A DNA stretch of 20,000 bases from IMG/VR virus record IMGVR_UViG_3300030389_004188; one strand, given 5' to 3'. The DNA comes from an uncultured virus (IMG/VR IMGVR_UViG_3300030389_004188) (taxonomy: Duplodnaviria > Heunggongvirae > Uroviricota > Caudoviricetes). The notes beneath the pieces were generated by a model. It was not told the DNA's origin, searched no databases, and saw nothing but the letters and a program-made list of their open reading frames with translations. Positions 1 through 8,294 of the stretch are shown here, one piece after another (the stretch's first letter is position 1; each line of letters begins with the position of its first letter). Position numbers and translations under genes: made by a program.

Positions 1-2
1 CA

Positions 3-272
3 CATTTTATAACCGAACAAGTATTGACTGTTCCGAATGGTTCTTTATCAGTTCTACTTGATGATGGGTTTGAAAAAAAAACTTTTTTGCTTGACTCTCC
101 CAATAAAGCTTTGTATATTCCGTATGGTATATGGGACTCGGCAGTATATGAAAGTGAAGATACTATTTTGTTGGCAATGTCAAACATAGAATATAGAAGA
201 GAAGATTACATCGTAGATTATTATGAATTCAAACGACTAAAGGGAGTACAAGATGAGACCATTAGGAACTGA
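3..272 (+). CDS. FdtA/QdtA (WxcM-like) cupin, dTDP-4-keto-6-deoxyglucose 3,4-ketoisomerase; 5'-truncated by the window edge
   Basis: The frame is open from base 3 (HFITEQVLTVPNGS), matching the family H..EQ.L...GS segment. The C-terminal LLDSPNKALYIPYGIW...ILLAMSN..Y..EDYI.DY.EF is typical. The TTG at 24 is internal. Confidence 0.8.
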   Translation, partial: HFITEQVLTVPNGSLSVLLDDGFEKKTFLLDSPNKALYIPYGIWDSAVYESEDTILLAMSNIEYRREDYIVDYYEFKRLKGVQDETIRN

Positions 273-915
273 TTATCTACAATATGATAGTGAGATTTAT
301 CCATTCAGAACAATAATCGAAGATTATATTGGGGAAGAATTAGAAAGAATACATTATAAAAGACATTATGAATTATTGAATCAACTGAAAACTGAACAGA
401 GAACTATCTTTCACAAAAGAGTTTATCGTGAAGTTACTGGCGATGATAGATTGAATTTTATTGAGTTGTATAAAAGTTTTTTGAAAGATTACATACAGCC
501 ACAATGGGGAGATACTCAGTTATGTTATCAGACTATTCCAACATTTAGATTTCAATTTCCTGGTAACATCGGTGTATCAAAATTTCATAGAGATAGTTCA
601 TACAACCACTCACCCAATGAAAAAAACTACTTCCTACCATTGATGGATACTAAAGAGACTACTTCAATTTGGGTAGAATCAAATGTAGACAAAGGAGATT
701 ATGCACCAATGATTTGTAAATATGGTGAGGTAATACAATGGGATGGTTCTACTTTGACTCACGGAAATAAACTAAACACTACAGATACTACAAGAGTTAG
801 TTTTGATTTCAGAATTATTAGTTTTGATGATTGGGAAAGTTATAAGTGGAAAGAAAGTACGATAACTGCAGTAAAAAATCTAAGTGTTCTTGGAGACTAT
901 TGGAGTAAATTATGA
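253..915 (+). CDS. StrG-like Fe(II)/2OG-fold dioxygenase
   Basis: YQTIPTFRFQFPGN, an HxD motif (FHRD), a distal His (LTHGN) and a terminal TRVSFDFR. GGGAG SD upstream. Confidence 0.7.
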   Translation: MRPLGTDYLQYDSEIYPFRTIIEDYIGEELERIHYKRHYELLNQLKTEQRTIFHKRVYREVTGDDRLNFIELYKSFLKDYIQPQWGDTQLCYQTIPTFRFQFPGNIGVSKFHRDSSYNHSPNEKNYFLPLMDTKETTSIWVESNVDKGDYAPMICKYGEVIQWDGSTLTHGNKLNTTDTTRVSFDFRIISFDDWESYKWKESTITAVKNLSVLGDYWSKL

Positions 916-1835
916 GAAAAAATATACTTGTTACAGGTGGACTTGGACATATTGGTTCACAAATTATAAGAAAACTTGACCACGATATAACCGTAGTTGA
1001 TAACCTTTTGACTCAAAGGTATTGTTCTTTATTCGAGTTGGATAAGAAAATAAATTTTGTAGAGTCTGATTTTTCTGAATTAGATTCTTCCTTTCTAAGT
1101 ACATTTGACGAGATATTACACTTTGGTGCAATAACAGATGCAGCTGGTAGTTTTGATAACAAAGAAGAGTTGGAAAAACATAATGTGGTATCTACTAAAA
1201 AACTAATAAATAAATTCGTAGATTCTACTTGTAAGAGATTTATATTTCCCTCATCTACAAGTGTTTATGGTGTCGCAGCTAGTGTAGTGGATGAAGATAA
1301 TGATGAGTATGTAAATCCACAATCACCATATGCAGAATCAAAAGTAGAGATTGAAAACTATCTAAAGTTGAAAATAGACCCAACAACACATAACTATATT
1401 ATTCCAAGATTTGGAACTATCTATGGATTTTCGATTGGTATGAGATTCCATACTGCAATAAATAAATTCATTTGGCAATCAAAAATGAAAGAACCATTGA
1501 CGATATGGAAAGAAAATTATAAACAATACAGACCTTATTTGGAATTATCAGATTGTGTTCGTAGTGTTCAACACTTATTAGAAATTCCTTATATGGATGC
1601 AAAAAATAATACGATTTACAATATTTTGACTAATAATTATACATTAGAAGAAGTTATTGAAAACTTAGAAAAAGTTTTTGGTAAACAAGAACTCAATTTT
1701 GTTGAGACTCCGTTATTGAATCAATTTAGTTATAAAGTGAATGACTCAAAAATTAGAAGAACAGGATTTGTACCAAGTGGTGACTTACAATTATCGTTGG
1801 TTAGTACATCAGTTGCAATGGATGGTATAAGATGA
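912..1835 (+). CDS. NAD-dependent nucleotide-sugar epimerase/dehydratase (extended SDR)
   Basis: ILVTGGLGHIG Rossmann motif, FPSSTSVYG, catalytic YAESK, RFGTIYG. Confidence 0.9.
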   Translation: MRKNILVTGGLGHIGSQIIRKLDHDITVVDNLLTQRYCSLFELDKKINFVESDFSELDSSFLSTFDEILHFGAITDAAGSFDNKEELEKHNVVSTKKLINKFVDSTCKRFIFPSSTSVYGVAASVVDEDNDEYVNPQSPYAESKVEIENYLKLKIDPTTHNYIIPRFGTIYGFSIGMRFHTAINKFIWQSKMKEPLTIWKENYKQYRPYLELSDCVRSVQHLLEIPYMDAKNNTIYNILTNNYTLEEVIENLEKVFGKQELNFVETPLLNQFSYKVNDSKIRRTGFVPSGDLQLSLVSTSVAMDGIR

Positions 1836-2746
1836 AAAAAGTATTAGTAACAGGTGGAGTTGGATTTGTTGGTACAAATCTGATAGAAGAATTACTAAAA
1901 CAAGGTTATAAAGTTTCATCAGTAGATAATTACGATACAGGAAAAAAAGAAAGAGAACTTGAGGGATGTAAATATCATAATATAGATATTTCAAAACCAA
2001 GTTGGTGGAGTTTATCAGATAGTTGTTGGTGTGAGTTTTGGTGTGATTGTGAGATAGAACAACCTGATATTATTTATCATTTAGCTGCAAGAGCTAGAAT
2101 ACAACCATCTTTTGAAGACCCACAATCTACTTTTCGTAGTAATGTTTTAGGTACACAAAATGTATTAGAGTATGCGAGACTACGAAATATACCTGTAATA
2201 TATGCGGCATCATCCTCATCACACGGAGATGTACACGCAAATCCATATACATTTACAAAATGGCAAGGTGAAGAATTGATAAGACTTTATAATAAAGTAT
2301 TCAATGTACCAACCGTTATCACAAGATTTTATAATGTGTATGGTGAGAGACAAAATACAGAGGGTGCTTATTGTAATGTATTGGGTATATTTGAAAGACA
2401 ATATGGTGAAGGTAGACCACTAACAATAACTGGTGATGGGGAACAGAGAAGAGACTTTACTTATGTAAAAGATATTGTTGATGGGTTGATTAGGTGTAGT
2501 TATATTCTTGAAAGTAATAGAAGTCACAAAATTAGTGGTGAAGAAATAGAATTAGGTAATGGTAAAAATTATTCAATCAATGAATTGGCTGATTCGTTTG
2601 GTGAGAACTATCCTACAAAATACTTAGATGAAAGACCTGGTGAAGTTAGGGAGAGTCTAAATACAGATACAAAGGCACAAGACATTTTGGGTTGGAATCC
2701 AAGTGGAGATATTTTAGATTACATAAAAAATAAACTCGTAAGATGA
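1832..2746 (+). CDS. NAD-dependent nucleotide-sugar epimerase/dehydratase (UDP-hexose 4-epimerase-like SDR)
   Basis: VLVTGGVGFVG, HLAA, YAASSS, YTFTK, RFYNVYG, GDGEQRRDFTYVKD, RPGE. Confidence 0.92.
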   Translation: MKKVLVTGGVGFVGTNLIEELLKQGYKVSSVDNYDTGKKERELEGCKYHNIDISKPSWWSLSDSCWCEFWCDCEIEQPDIIYHLAARARIQPSFEDPQSTFRSNVLGTQNVLEYARLRNIPVIYAASSSSHGDVHANPYTFTKWQGEELIRLYNKVFNVPTVITRFYNVYGERQNTEGAYCNVLGIFERQYGEGRPLTITGDGEQRRDFTYVKDIVDGLIRCSYILESNRSHKISGEEIELGNGKNYSINELADSFGENYPTKYLDERPGEVRESLNTDTKAQDILGWNPSGDILDYIKNKLVR

Positions 2747-3141
2747 AAATCAGAGACATAGTAAGACCATTATTACAAGAGATTTATCAACCTGATGGTT
2801 GGAAGATGTTGGTTTGTTGTATAATGTTAAATCTAACAAACAGAAAACAAGTGGATAGAGTAAGACATAAATTATTCAAAAAGTATCCAACTGCTAAAGA
2901 TTTATCGGTAGCTGATTATGAAGAACTATCTGAATTACTCACACCATTGGGGATGCAGTTCAAGAGAGCTGCAACACTAATGAAATTTAGTAAAGAATAT
3001 AATGATGGATTTACAGATCCCATAGAATTATATGGTATCGGTAAATATGCTAAAGACTCTTGGGAGATATTCCAAAATAATAATATGAATGTAAAACCAA
3101 AGGATAAAGTTTTACAAGAATATCTAAGAGTAGAGGGGTAA
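2743..3141 (+). CDS. Stand-alone MBD4-like HhH-GPD DNA glycosylase domain
   Basis: LLQE, WKMLVCCIMLN.T, KYPTA, ELLTPLGM..KRA.TL.KFS.EY, HhH motif PIELYGIGKYAKDS and catalytic Asp in VKPKD. Colinear with the MBD4 glycosylase domain. No FeS cluster motif and no methyl-binding domain. Confidence 0.85.
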   Translation: MKIRDIVRPLLQEIYQPDGWKMLVCCIMLNLTNRKQVDRVRHKLFKKYPTAKDLSVADYEELSELLTPLGMQFKRAATLMKFSKEYNDGFTDPIELYGIGKYAKDSWEIFQNNNMNVKPKDKVLQEYLRVEG

Positions 3142-3870
3142 ATGAAAATAATAGTTACAGGTGGTAAGGGTAAATTTGCATCTTTACTAAAAGAAAAAGG
3201 TAGTGAGTTAGGTCACGAAATACTTTGTCCAACTAAAGAAGAAATGGATATAAGAAAACTTTGGGGACACGGTGGTGTTTATGATTATTTGTGGAGTCAA
3301 ACAGATACAGACATCGTAATACACGCTGGGGCACTAACAAGACCAATGGTTGTACATCAAGAAAGACCACACGATAGTATAGAGACAAATATAATTGGTA
3401 GTAGTAATGTGGTTCTTGGTTGTATGAAATTTGATATGAAAGTAATTTATGTATCTACTGATTATGTTTATGAGGGTAAAGATGGAAACTATACAGAAGA
3501 CTCACCAGTAAAACCATTCAACAATTATGGTTGGTCAAAACTTGGTGGTGAAACACCTTGTATGATTTATGATAATTCACTAATACTAAGAATTTGTATG
3601 AATAACAAACCATTTCCACATCCAAAAGCATTAGATGATATGTATAAGAGTTTGATTTGGGATGATGAGGCTGCTGATATTACATTGAAATTGTTAGATG
3701 AAAAAGGTATCATAAATGTAGGTGGTGAATCAAGGTCGGTGTATGACTTTGTATCTAAAACACATAAAGAAGACATTGGAAGAATATCACTATCAGATGT
3801 AAGTAATGTAAAGATGGGTACAAACACAACAATGGATTGTAGTAAACTTGAAAGGATATTGAATGATTAA
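3142..3870 (+). CDS. rmlD: RmlD/RfbD-like dTDP-4-keto-sugar reductase (SDR)
   Basis: IIVTGGKGKFA, IHAGA, YVSTDYVYEGKDGNYTEDSPVKPFNNYGWSKLGGE (STDYVF and YxxSK signatures). Confidence 0.8.
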   Translation: MKIIVTGGKGKFASLLKEKGSELGHEILCPTKEEMDIRKLWGHGGVYDYLWSQTDTDIVIHAGALTRPMVVHQERPHDSIETNIIGSSNVVLGCMKFDMKVIYVSTDYVYEGKDGNYTEDSPVKPFNNYGWSKLGGETPCMIYDNSLILRICMNNKPFPHPKALDDMYKSLIWDDEAADITLKLLDEKGIINVGGESRSVYDFVSKTHKEDIGRISLSDVSNVKMGTNTTMDCSKLERILND

Positions 3871-4828
3871 TTTATTTGAATTCAATAATTACAAAATAGA
3901 CACTAAGAAATTAGACCATTTATTACACGGTTCTGCAGTTAGAAAACTTGAAGAACAGATTTGTGAATATGTTGGTGCAAAATATTGTGCATCATTCTGT
4001 AGTGCATCATTTATAATAGAACTTATGTTTAGTCGTCCTGAGTTTATCAACAATGAGACAAGTCTTGATATTCCAAGTATGATTCCACCTGTCGTTCCGA
4101 ATGCACTACATCATGCAGGTATGGAAATATACTTGAATGATGATGTTGATTGGGTTGGACATTCTTATGTGTTATGGGAAGAGTTTGGTGGTGAGAGAAA
4201 GATAATAGATTCTGCACAACAAATTGATAGGAATCAATTTTCTGATAATTGTAATGATGATGACTATATGATATTTTCATTGTATCCAACAAAACCATTA
4301 TCATCATTGGATGGTGGATTAGTTGTATCAAATAATAAAGAGGGTATTGAATTACTAAGTAGTCTTGGATTCTATGGTATGAAACGAGAGATAGATTCTT
4401 GGTCAAGAGAACCAATTAGGTATGGACACAAAACATATTTACCAACAATACAGGCAGAGTTGGCATTAGAAAACCTAAGATTTTTAGATGAGAGACACGA
4501 AAAGATTGACTACATAAGAAATTATTATAACAAGAATCTTGGGTTGAAAAATACAAGTAGACATCTTTATAGAATACGAGTTGATAATAATCAAGATGCA
4601 ATGAAATGGTTCAAGGAACAAGGTATAATTACAGGTGTACATTATAAACCAATTCATCAAATAGAATTATATAATCACTATGAATGGGATTGGCATCTTA
4701 GATACCACAACATACCGAGAGTAAATAATCACGGAGAGACCACATTATCAATTCCATTTCACCATAAATTACAAGACAATGATATAGAATATATAGTCGA
4801 AAAGGTACAGGAGTATAAGAATGCTTGA
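3863..4828 (+). CDS. DegT/DnrJ/EryC1/StrS-family PLP-dependent sugar aminotransferase (short variant)
   Basis: LE..ICEYVGAKY, IDSAQ, FSLYPTKPL..LDGG with the PLP lysine, GVHYKPIH, TLSIPFH. Confidence 0.88.
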   Translation: MINLFEFNNYKIDTKKLDHLLHGSAVRKLEEQICEYVGAKYCASFCSASFIIELMFSRPEFINNETSLDIPSMIPPVVPNALHHAGMEIYLNDDVDWVGHSYVLWEEFGGERKIIDSAQQIDRNQFSDNCNDDDYMIFSLYPTKPLSSLDGGLVVSNNKEGIELLSSLGFYGMKREIDSWSREPIRYGHKTYLPTIQAELALENLRFLDERHEKIDYIRNYYNKNLGLKNTSRHLYRIRVDNNQDAMKWFKEQGIITGVHYKPIHQIELYNHYEWDWHLRYHNIPRVNNHGETTLSIPFHHKLQDNDIEYIVEKVQEYKNA

Positions 4829-5942
4829 AGAAATAAAAAGTTTATTCAAGGATGGTGACTATAAAGGTAAGGTGGAGTTTTTAGTATTAGGACCTTGGTG
4901 TGGTGAGTTTAGTTATGAAACGAATTGGTGGATTCCTGAGTGTAGATTACAAGTAGATAAATATTCAAGTGACGATGATATGAAGATGGTAGTTGTGGTG
5001 GTAGGTGAGTTGGGTAGTCAGCCATTGTATAGAGATTTTTGTGACTACTACATTCCAATACCACATAATTTTGGTGACGAACACGGTAAAGAGATTAAAA
5101 TTCCTGAGATGAGAGACACTTGGGCTAGAAGAAGTGATAATAAAAATGTTATGATGGCAGAAATACCTAAACCAATACAAGATTTTTATAATCATATTTG
5201 TAATAAGTGTGGAGAGTATGGAGAGGTTTACAAATATAGTCCGAGTGAGTACATAAAAGATAAAAGATATATGGAAAGACCTGCAGGTATTATTGAATAT
5301 TATACACCACCACTAAAAGAGTTGAACTTAGTAAAAGATATAATTCAAAATCATATACATAAAAACGAAAGAAAACCTTTGATATCAATATTTGCAAAAC
5401 AAAGATATCGACAAGGTAAATTAGACTTTGAGAGTTGGAGTCCAAAACTTTGGGAAGAGTTTATGATAAGACTTGATGAGTTTGGTGTAAGTATTCTAAA
5501 TTTTGTAATAGAAGGTTCTGCAGGATTCTTAGAACTTGATGAAGAAGTGGTAAAAAAATATCCACATATAAATCAAATGGTTGTAAAAAACGATGTTCCA
5601 GCACCAATGGTAGATTGTATGTCCGAAAAAACAATTTTAGGATATCAAATGGCAGTTCTTGAACTAACAGATATGTCAATTTGGGGTTCAACTGGTGCTT
5701 GTACTCTAAATTATTTTATGAAGTATAGAAAACCTATGTTTGTTCAACACAATAAAAACGATGTTTGGAGACAACAATTCGAGTGGATGAGAGATATAAC
5801 ACAAGACTTACATCAGATACATTTTTTTGATAAGTATAAAAGAAATGAGATGGAAAATATTCCTGTAGATGAAATGATAGATGAGTTTAGAGGGTGGCTC
5901 AAGTCTGATTTTCAAATAGAAACTAAGAAAGAAGAAGAATGA
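4821..5942 (+). CDS. Hypothetical protein, possible divergent GT-B-fold glycosyltransferase
   Basis: 373-aa ORF coupled to its neighbours. N-terminal GPWCGEFSYE, a central SWSPKLWEEF and a C-terminal SIWGSTGA loosely resemble the GT9 layout. Confidence 0.4.
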   Translation: MLEEIKSLFKDGDYKGKVEFLVLGPWCGEFSYETNWWIPECRLQVDKYSSDDDMKMVVVVVGELGSQPLYRDFCDYYIPIPHNFGDEHGKEIKIPEMRDTWARRSDNKNVMMAEIPKPIQDFYNHICNKCGEYGEVYKYSPSEYIKDKRYMERPAGIIEYYTPPLKELNLVKDIIQNHIHKNERKPLISIFAKQRYRQGKLDFESWSPKLWEEFMIRLDEFGVSILNFVIEGSAGFLELDEEVVKKYPHINQMVVKNDVPAPMVDCMSEKTILGYQMAVLELTDMSIWGSTGACTLNYFMKYRKPMFVQHNKNDVWRQQFEWMRDITQDLHQIHFFDKYKRNEMENIPVDEMIDEFRGWLKSDFQIETKKEEE

Positions 5943-6154
5943 GAGATTTACAATCATCACTAAAATCAAAAGGTGAGTATGTAACACAGATAATTCACTT
6001 TGTTGGCGGAGTGAAAAGAACATTTGAGGGTGTATCGACATCCAAAATAAAACAAGGTCAAATGACTAAATTAGAACTAAAGGATGGTAGAATAGTAATG
6101 ATAAATGATACAAATGTATTATGTGTAGAAGTATTTTCAGAGGATATGGAATGA
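5939..6154 (+). CDS. Small hypothetical protein (71 aa, beta-rich)
   Basis: ATGA overlaps at both ends (5939-5942 and 6151-6154). No recognised motif. Confidence 0.75.
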   Translation: MRDLQSSLKSKGEYVTQIIHFVGGVKRTFEGVSTSKIKQGQMTKLELKDGRIVMINDTNVLCVEVFSEDME

Positions 6155-7449
6155 GTGTAGTAGACAAAATAAAGAATCTCATTGACGAGATTGAATCAGA
6201 TAAGAGTGTATTGAGGTACTCGTACAATACCTCAGATATAGTTCCTGGTAAGACTCCAATATACTATTCAGGTCCTTATTGGGATTCTGATGAGTTGAAG
6301 GCTGGTGTTGTTTCATTTTTGACTGGTAAGTGGTTGAGTTCAGGTGAAAATGTATATAAATTTGAAAAGAAATTCTCAAAAAGATTCAAGTGTGGAAACT
6401 CAGTTATGGTCAATAGTGGTAGTTCTGCAAATCTTGTTATGATTGCAGGAATAAAGAAACATTTGAAATGGAATGATGGTGATGAGATAATTGTATCACC
6501 AGTTGGATTTCCAACTACCATTGCACCTATTGTTCAGAATAATATGACTCCAATATTTGTGGACATCGAATTCGACACATTGAACTTTGATGTAAAACTA
6601 ATAGAGAAAAAGATAACAAGTAAAACACGAGGTATATTTTTATCACCAGTATTAGGTAATCCTTGTAATATGGATTTCTTGGATTACTTATGTAAGAAAT
6701 ATAACTTGGAATTAATTTTAGATGGGTGTGATTCACTTGGTACATTATGGAATGGTAAATATCTAACAGAAATGGCAAAAGTATCTTCTTGTTCTTTTTA
6801 TCCAGCACATCACATTACTTGTGGTGAGGGTGGTATGATTTCATCAACAGATGAGGATTTGATTTCTATGGTGAGAAGTTTTTCTTGGTGGGGAAGAGAT
6901 TGTTATTGTGTCGGTAGTGCTAATTTACTTGCTTGTGGAACTTGTGGTAATAGATTTGATAAATGGTTAGAACCAATGTATGATGGTATAGTAGACCACA
7001 AATATATTTTTACCAATATGGGATACAATCTAAAACCATTAGACTTACAAGGTGCACTTGGACTCGAACAATTGAAGAAGTTTGATTTCATTGAAGAGAA
7101 AAGAAGAGAGTCAAGAGAAAGAGTTTCTAAAATATTTGAAGATAATCTTGATATAAAAGTACCAATTCAGTTAGACCAAGCCGATACCTCGTGGTTTGGT
7201 ACACCAATAATCTGTAAGGACAAGGAACAAAAAGATAAGATTGTTAGTCACCTTGAAGAAAATAAAATACAGACTCGTAACTATTTTGCGGGTAATATTT
7301 TGATACATTCTGGTTACTCACATTTGGATGATTACAAATTATATCCAAATTCAAATGAAGTCTTGGATAGAATATTTTTTGTAGGGGCTGCACCACATTA
7401 CAACGATGATGTGTTTCAGTACATAGAAGATGTAGTGAGAAAAATATGA
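6151..7449 (+). CDS. rfbH: RfbH/DdhC (E1)-type NDP-4-keto-6-deoxyglucose 3-dehydrase, PMP/[2Fe-2S]
   Basis: VNSGSSANL, GFPTTIAP, SFYPAHHITCGEGG (His replaces the PLP Lys), WGRDCYC...TCGNRF Fe-S cysteines, DHKY, GYNLK, TRNYFAGN. Start placed at ATG 6151 (ATGA overlap, GAGGA upstream) rather than 6121. Confidence 0.93.
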   Translation: MSVVDKIKNLIDEIESDKSVLRYSYNTSDIVPGKTPIYYSGPYWDSDELKAGVVSFLTGKWLSSGENVYKFEKKFSKRFKCGNSVMVNSGSSANLVMIAGIKKHLKWNDGDEIIVSPVGFPTTIAPIVQNNMTPIFVDIEFDTLNFDVKLIEKKITSKTRGIFLSPVLGNPCNMDFLDYLCKKYNLELILDGCDSLGTLWNGKYLTEMAKVSSCSFYPAHHITCGEGGMISSTDEDLISMVRSFSWWGRDCYCVGSANLLACGTCGNRFDKWLEPMYDGIVDHKYIFTNMGYNLKPLDLQGALGLEQLKKFDFIEEKRRESRERVSKIFEDNLDIKVPIQLDQADTSWFGTPIICKDKEQKDKIVSHLEENKIQTRNYFAGNILIHSGYSHLDDYKLYPNSNEVLDRIFFVGAAPHYNDDVFQYIEDVVRKI

Positions 7450-8294
7450 GTCAGTTAGGAGATAGGAAAGTATCAATTGTTATTTCACTTTTCTTGAAAA
7501 CAAGAGCAGTTGTAGGTGGTTCACGAGACAATCCAAATAATAATACTAAATTATTTGATATGTGTCAAAATGTTATGAAGTATGCCAATTCGATATCAAA
7601 TAAAAACATACAAGTGTTCTTGGGAGTAAACTATACAGAGGATTCTGATAAGAAATGTTTAGATTATTTGGAAAAAGAATCTGATAGAAATCAATTTATC
7701 ACCTTTGTACGAAGAAATAATAATTTAGGTGGTTGGTCGTATGGATTGTTTGATTATGTATTTAGACAAGAAAGAGATAATGGATATGATTATTTTATAT
7801 TCTACGAAGATGACCAGGTTTCAAAGTATGGGTGGGATGAAAATGTAATATCAAATTCGATTATGACAATGGAAAAGAATAATGAAATAGGATTTTTTGC
7901 ATCAATTGGAGTGAATAAAAGAGACCCATTCAAAAGAATAGGTACTTGTTCTGCACATAATGGTACAGGAATGTCTTCAACTAAAATCTTGGGTGAGGTT
8001 TGTGATAAGTGGGGACAATTGAATTGGTCAAAAGTTGAGGGTGGATTTATTCACAATGGATATGGTGATAAAATTCAAGTAACAGGATTGACCAGACCAC
8101 AAATGGTAGAAAGAGCCCTTGAGTTTTTACCACAATATACTGAGGATGTAACTTCATCATACAATAGAAAAGTTCAAGCCGCATTTAGTGAGGTGGATTT
8201 TACTGATAGTATTTGTAAGTTGGGTTATGGAATCTATGAAGAAAAAGGTGGACCAGGTGGTAAGGGAGTTTTACATTGGAGGACAGCAAAATGA
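7446..8294 (+). CDS. Putative GT-A-fold glycosyltransferase
   Basis: RRNNNLGGWSYG followed by YDYFIFYEDD (DxD-like); context of the sugar cluster. Confidence 0.55.
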   Translation: MSQLGDRKVSIVISLFLKTRAVVGGSRDNPNNNTKLFDMCQNVMKYANSISNKNIQVFLGVNYTEDSDKKCLDYLEKESDRNQFITFVRRNNNLGGWSYGLFDYVFRQERDNGYDYFIFYEDDQVSKYGWDENVISNSIMTMEKNNEIGFFASIGVNKRDPFKRIGTCSAHNGTGMSSTKILGEVCDKWGQLNWSKVEGGFIHNGYGDKIQVTGLTRPQMVERALEFLPQYTEDVTSSYNRKVQAAFSEVDFTDSICKLGYGIYEEKGGPGGKGVLHWRTAK

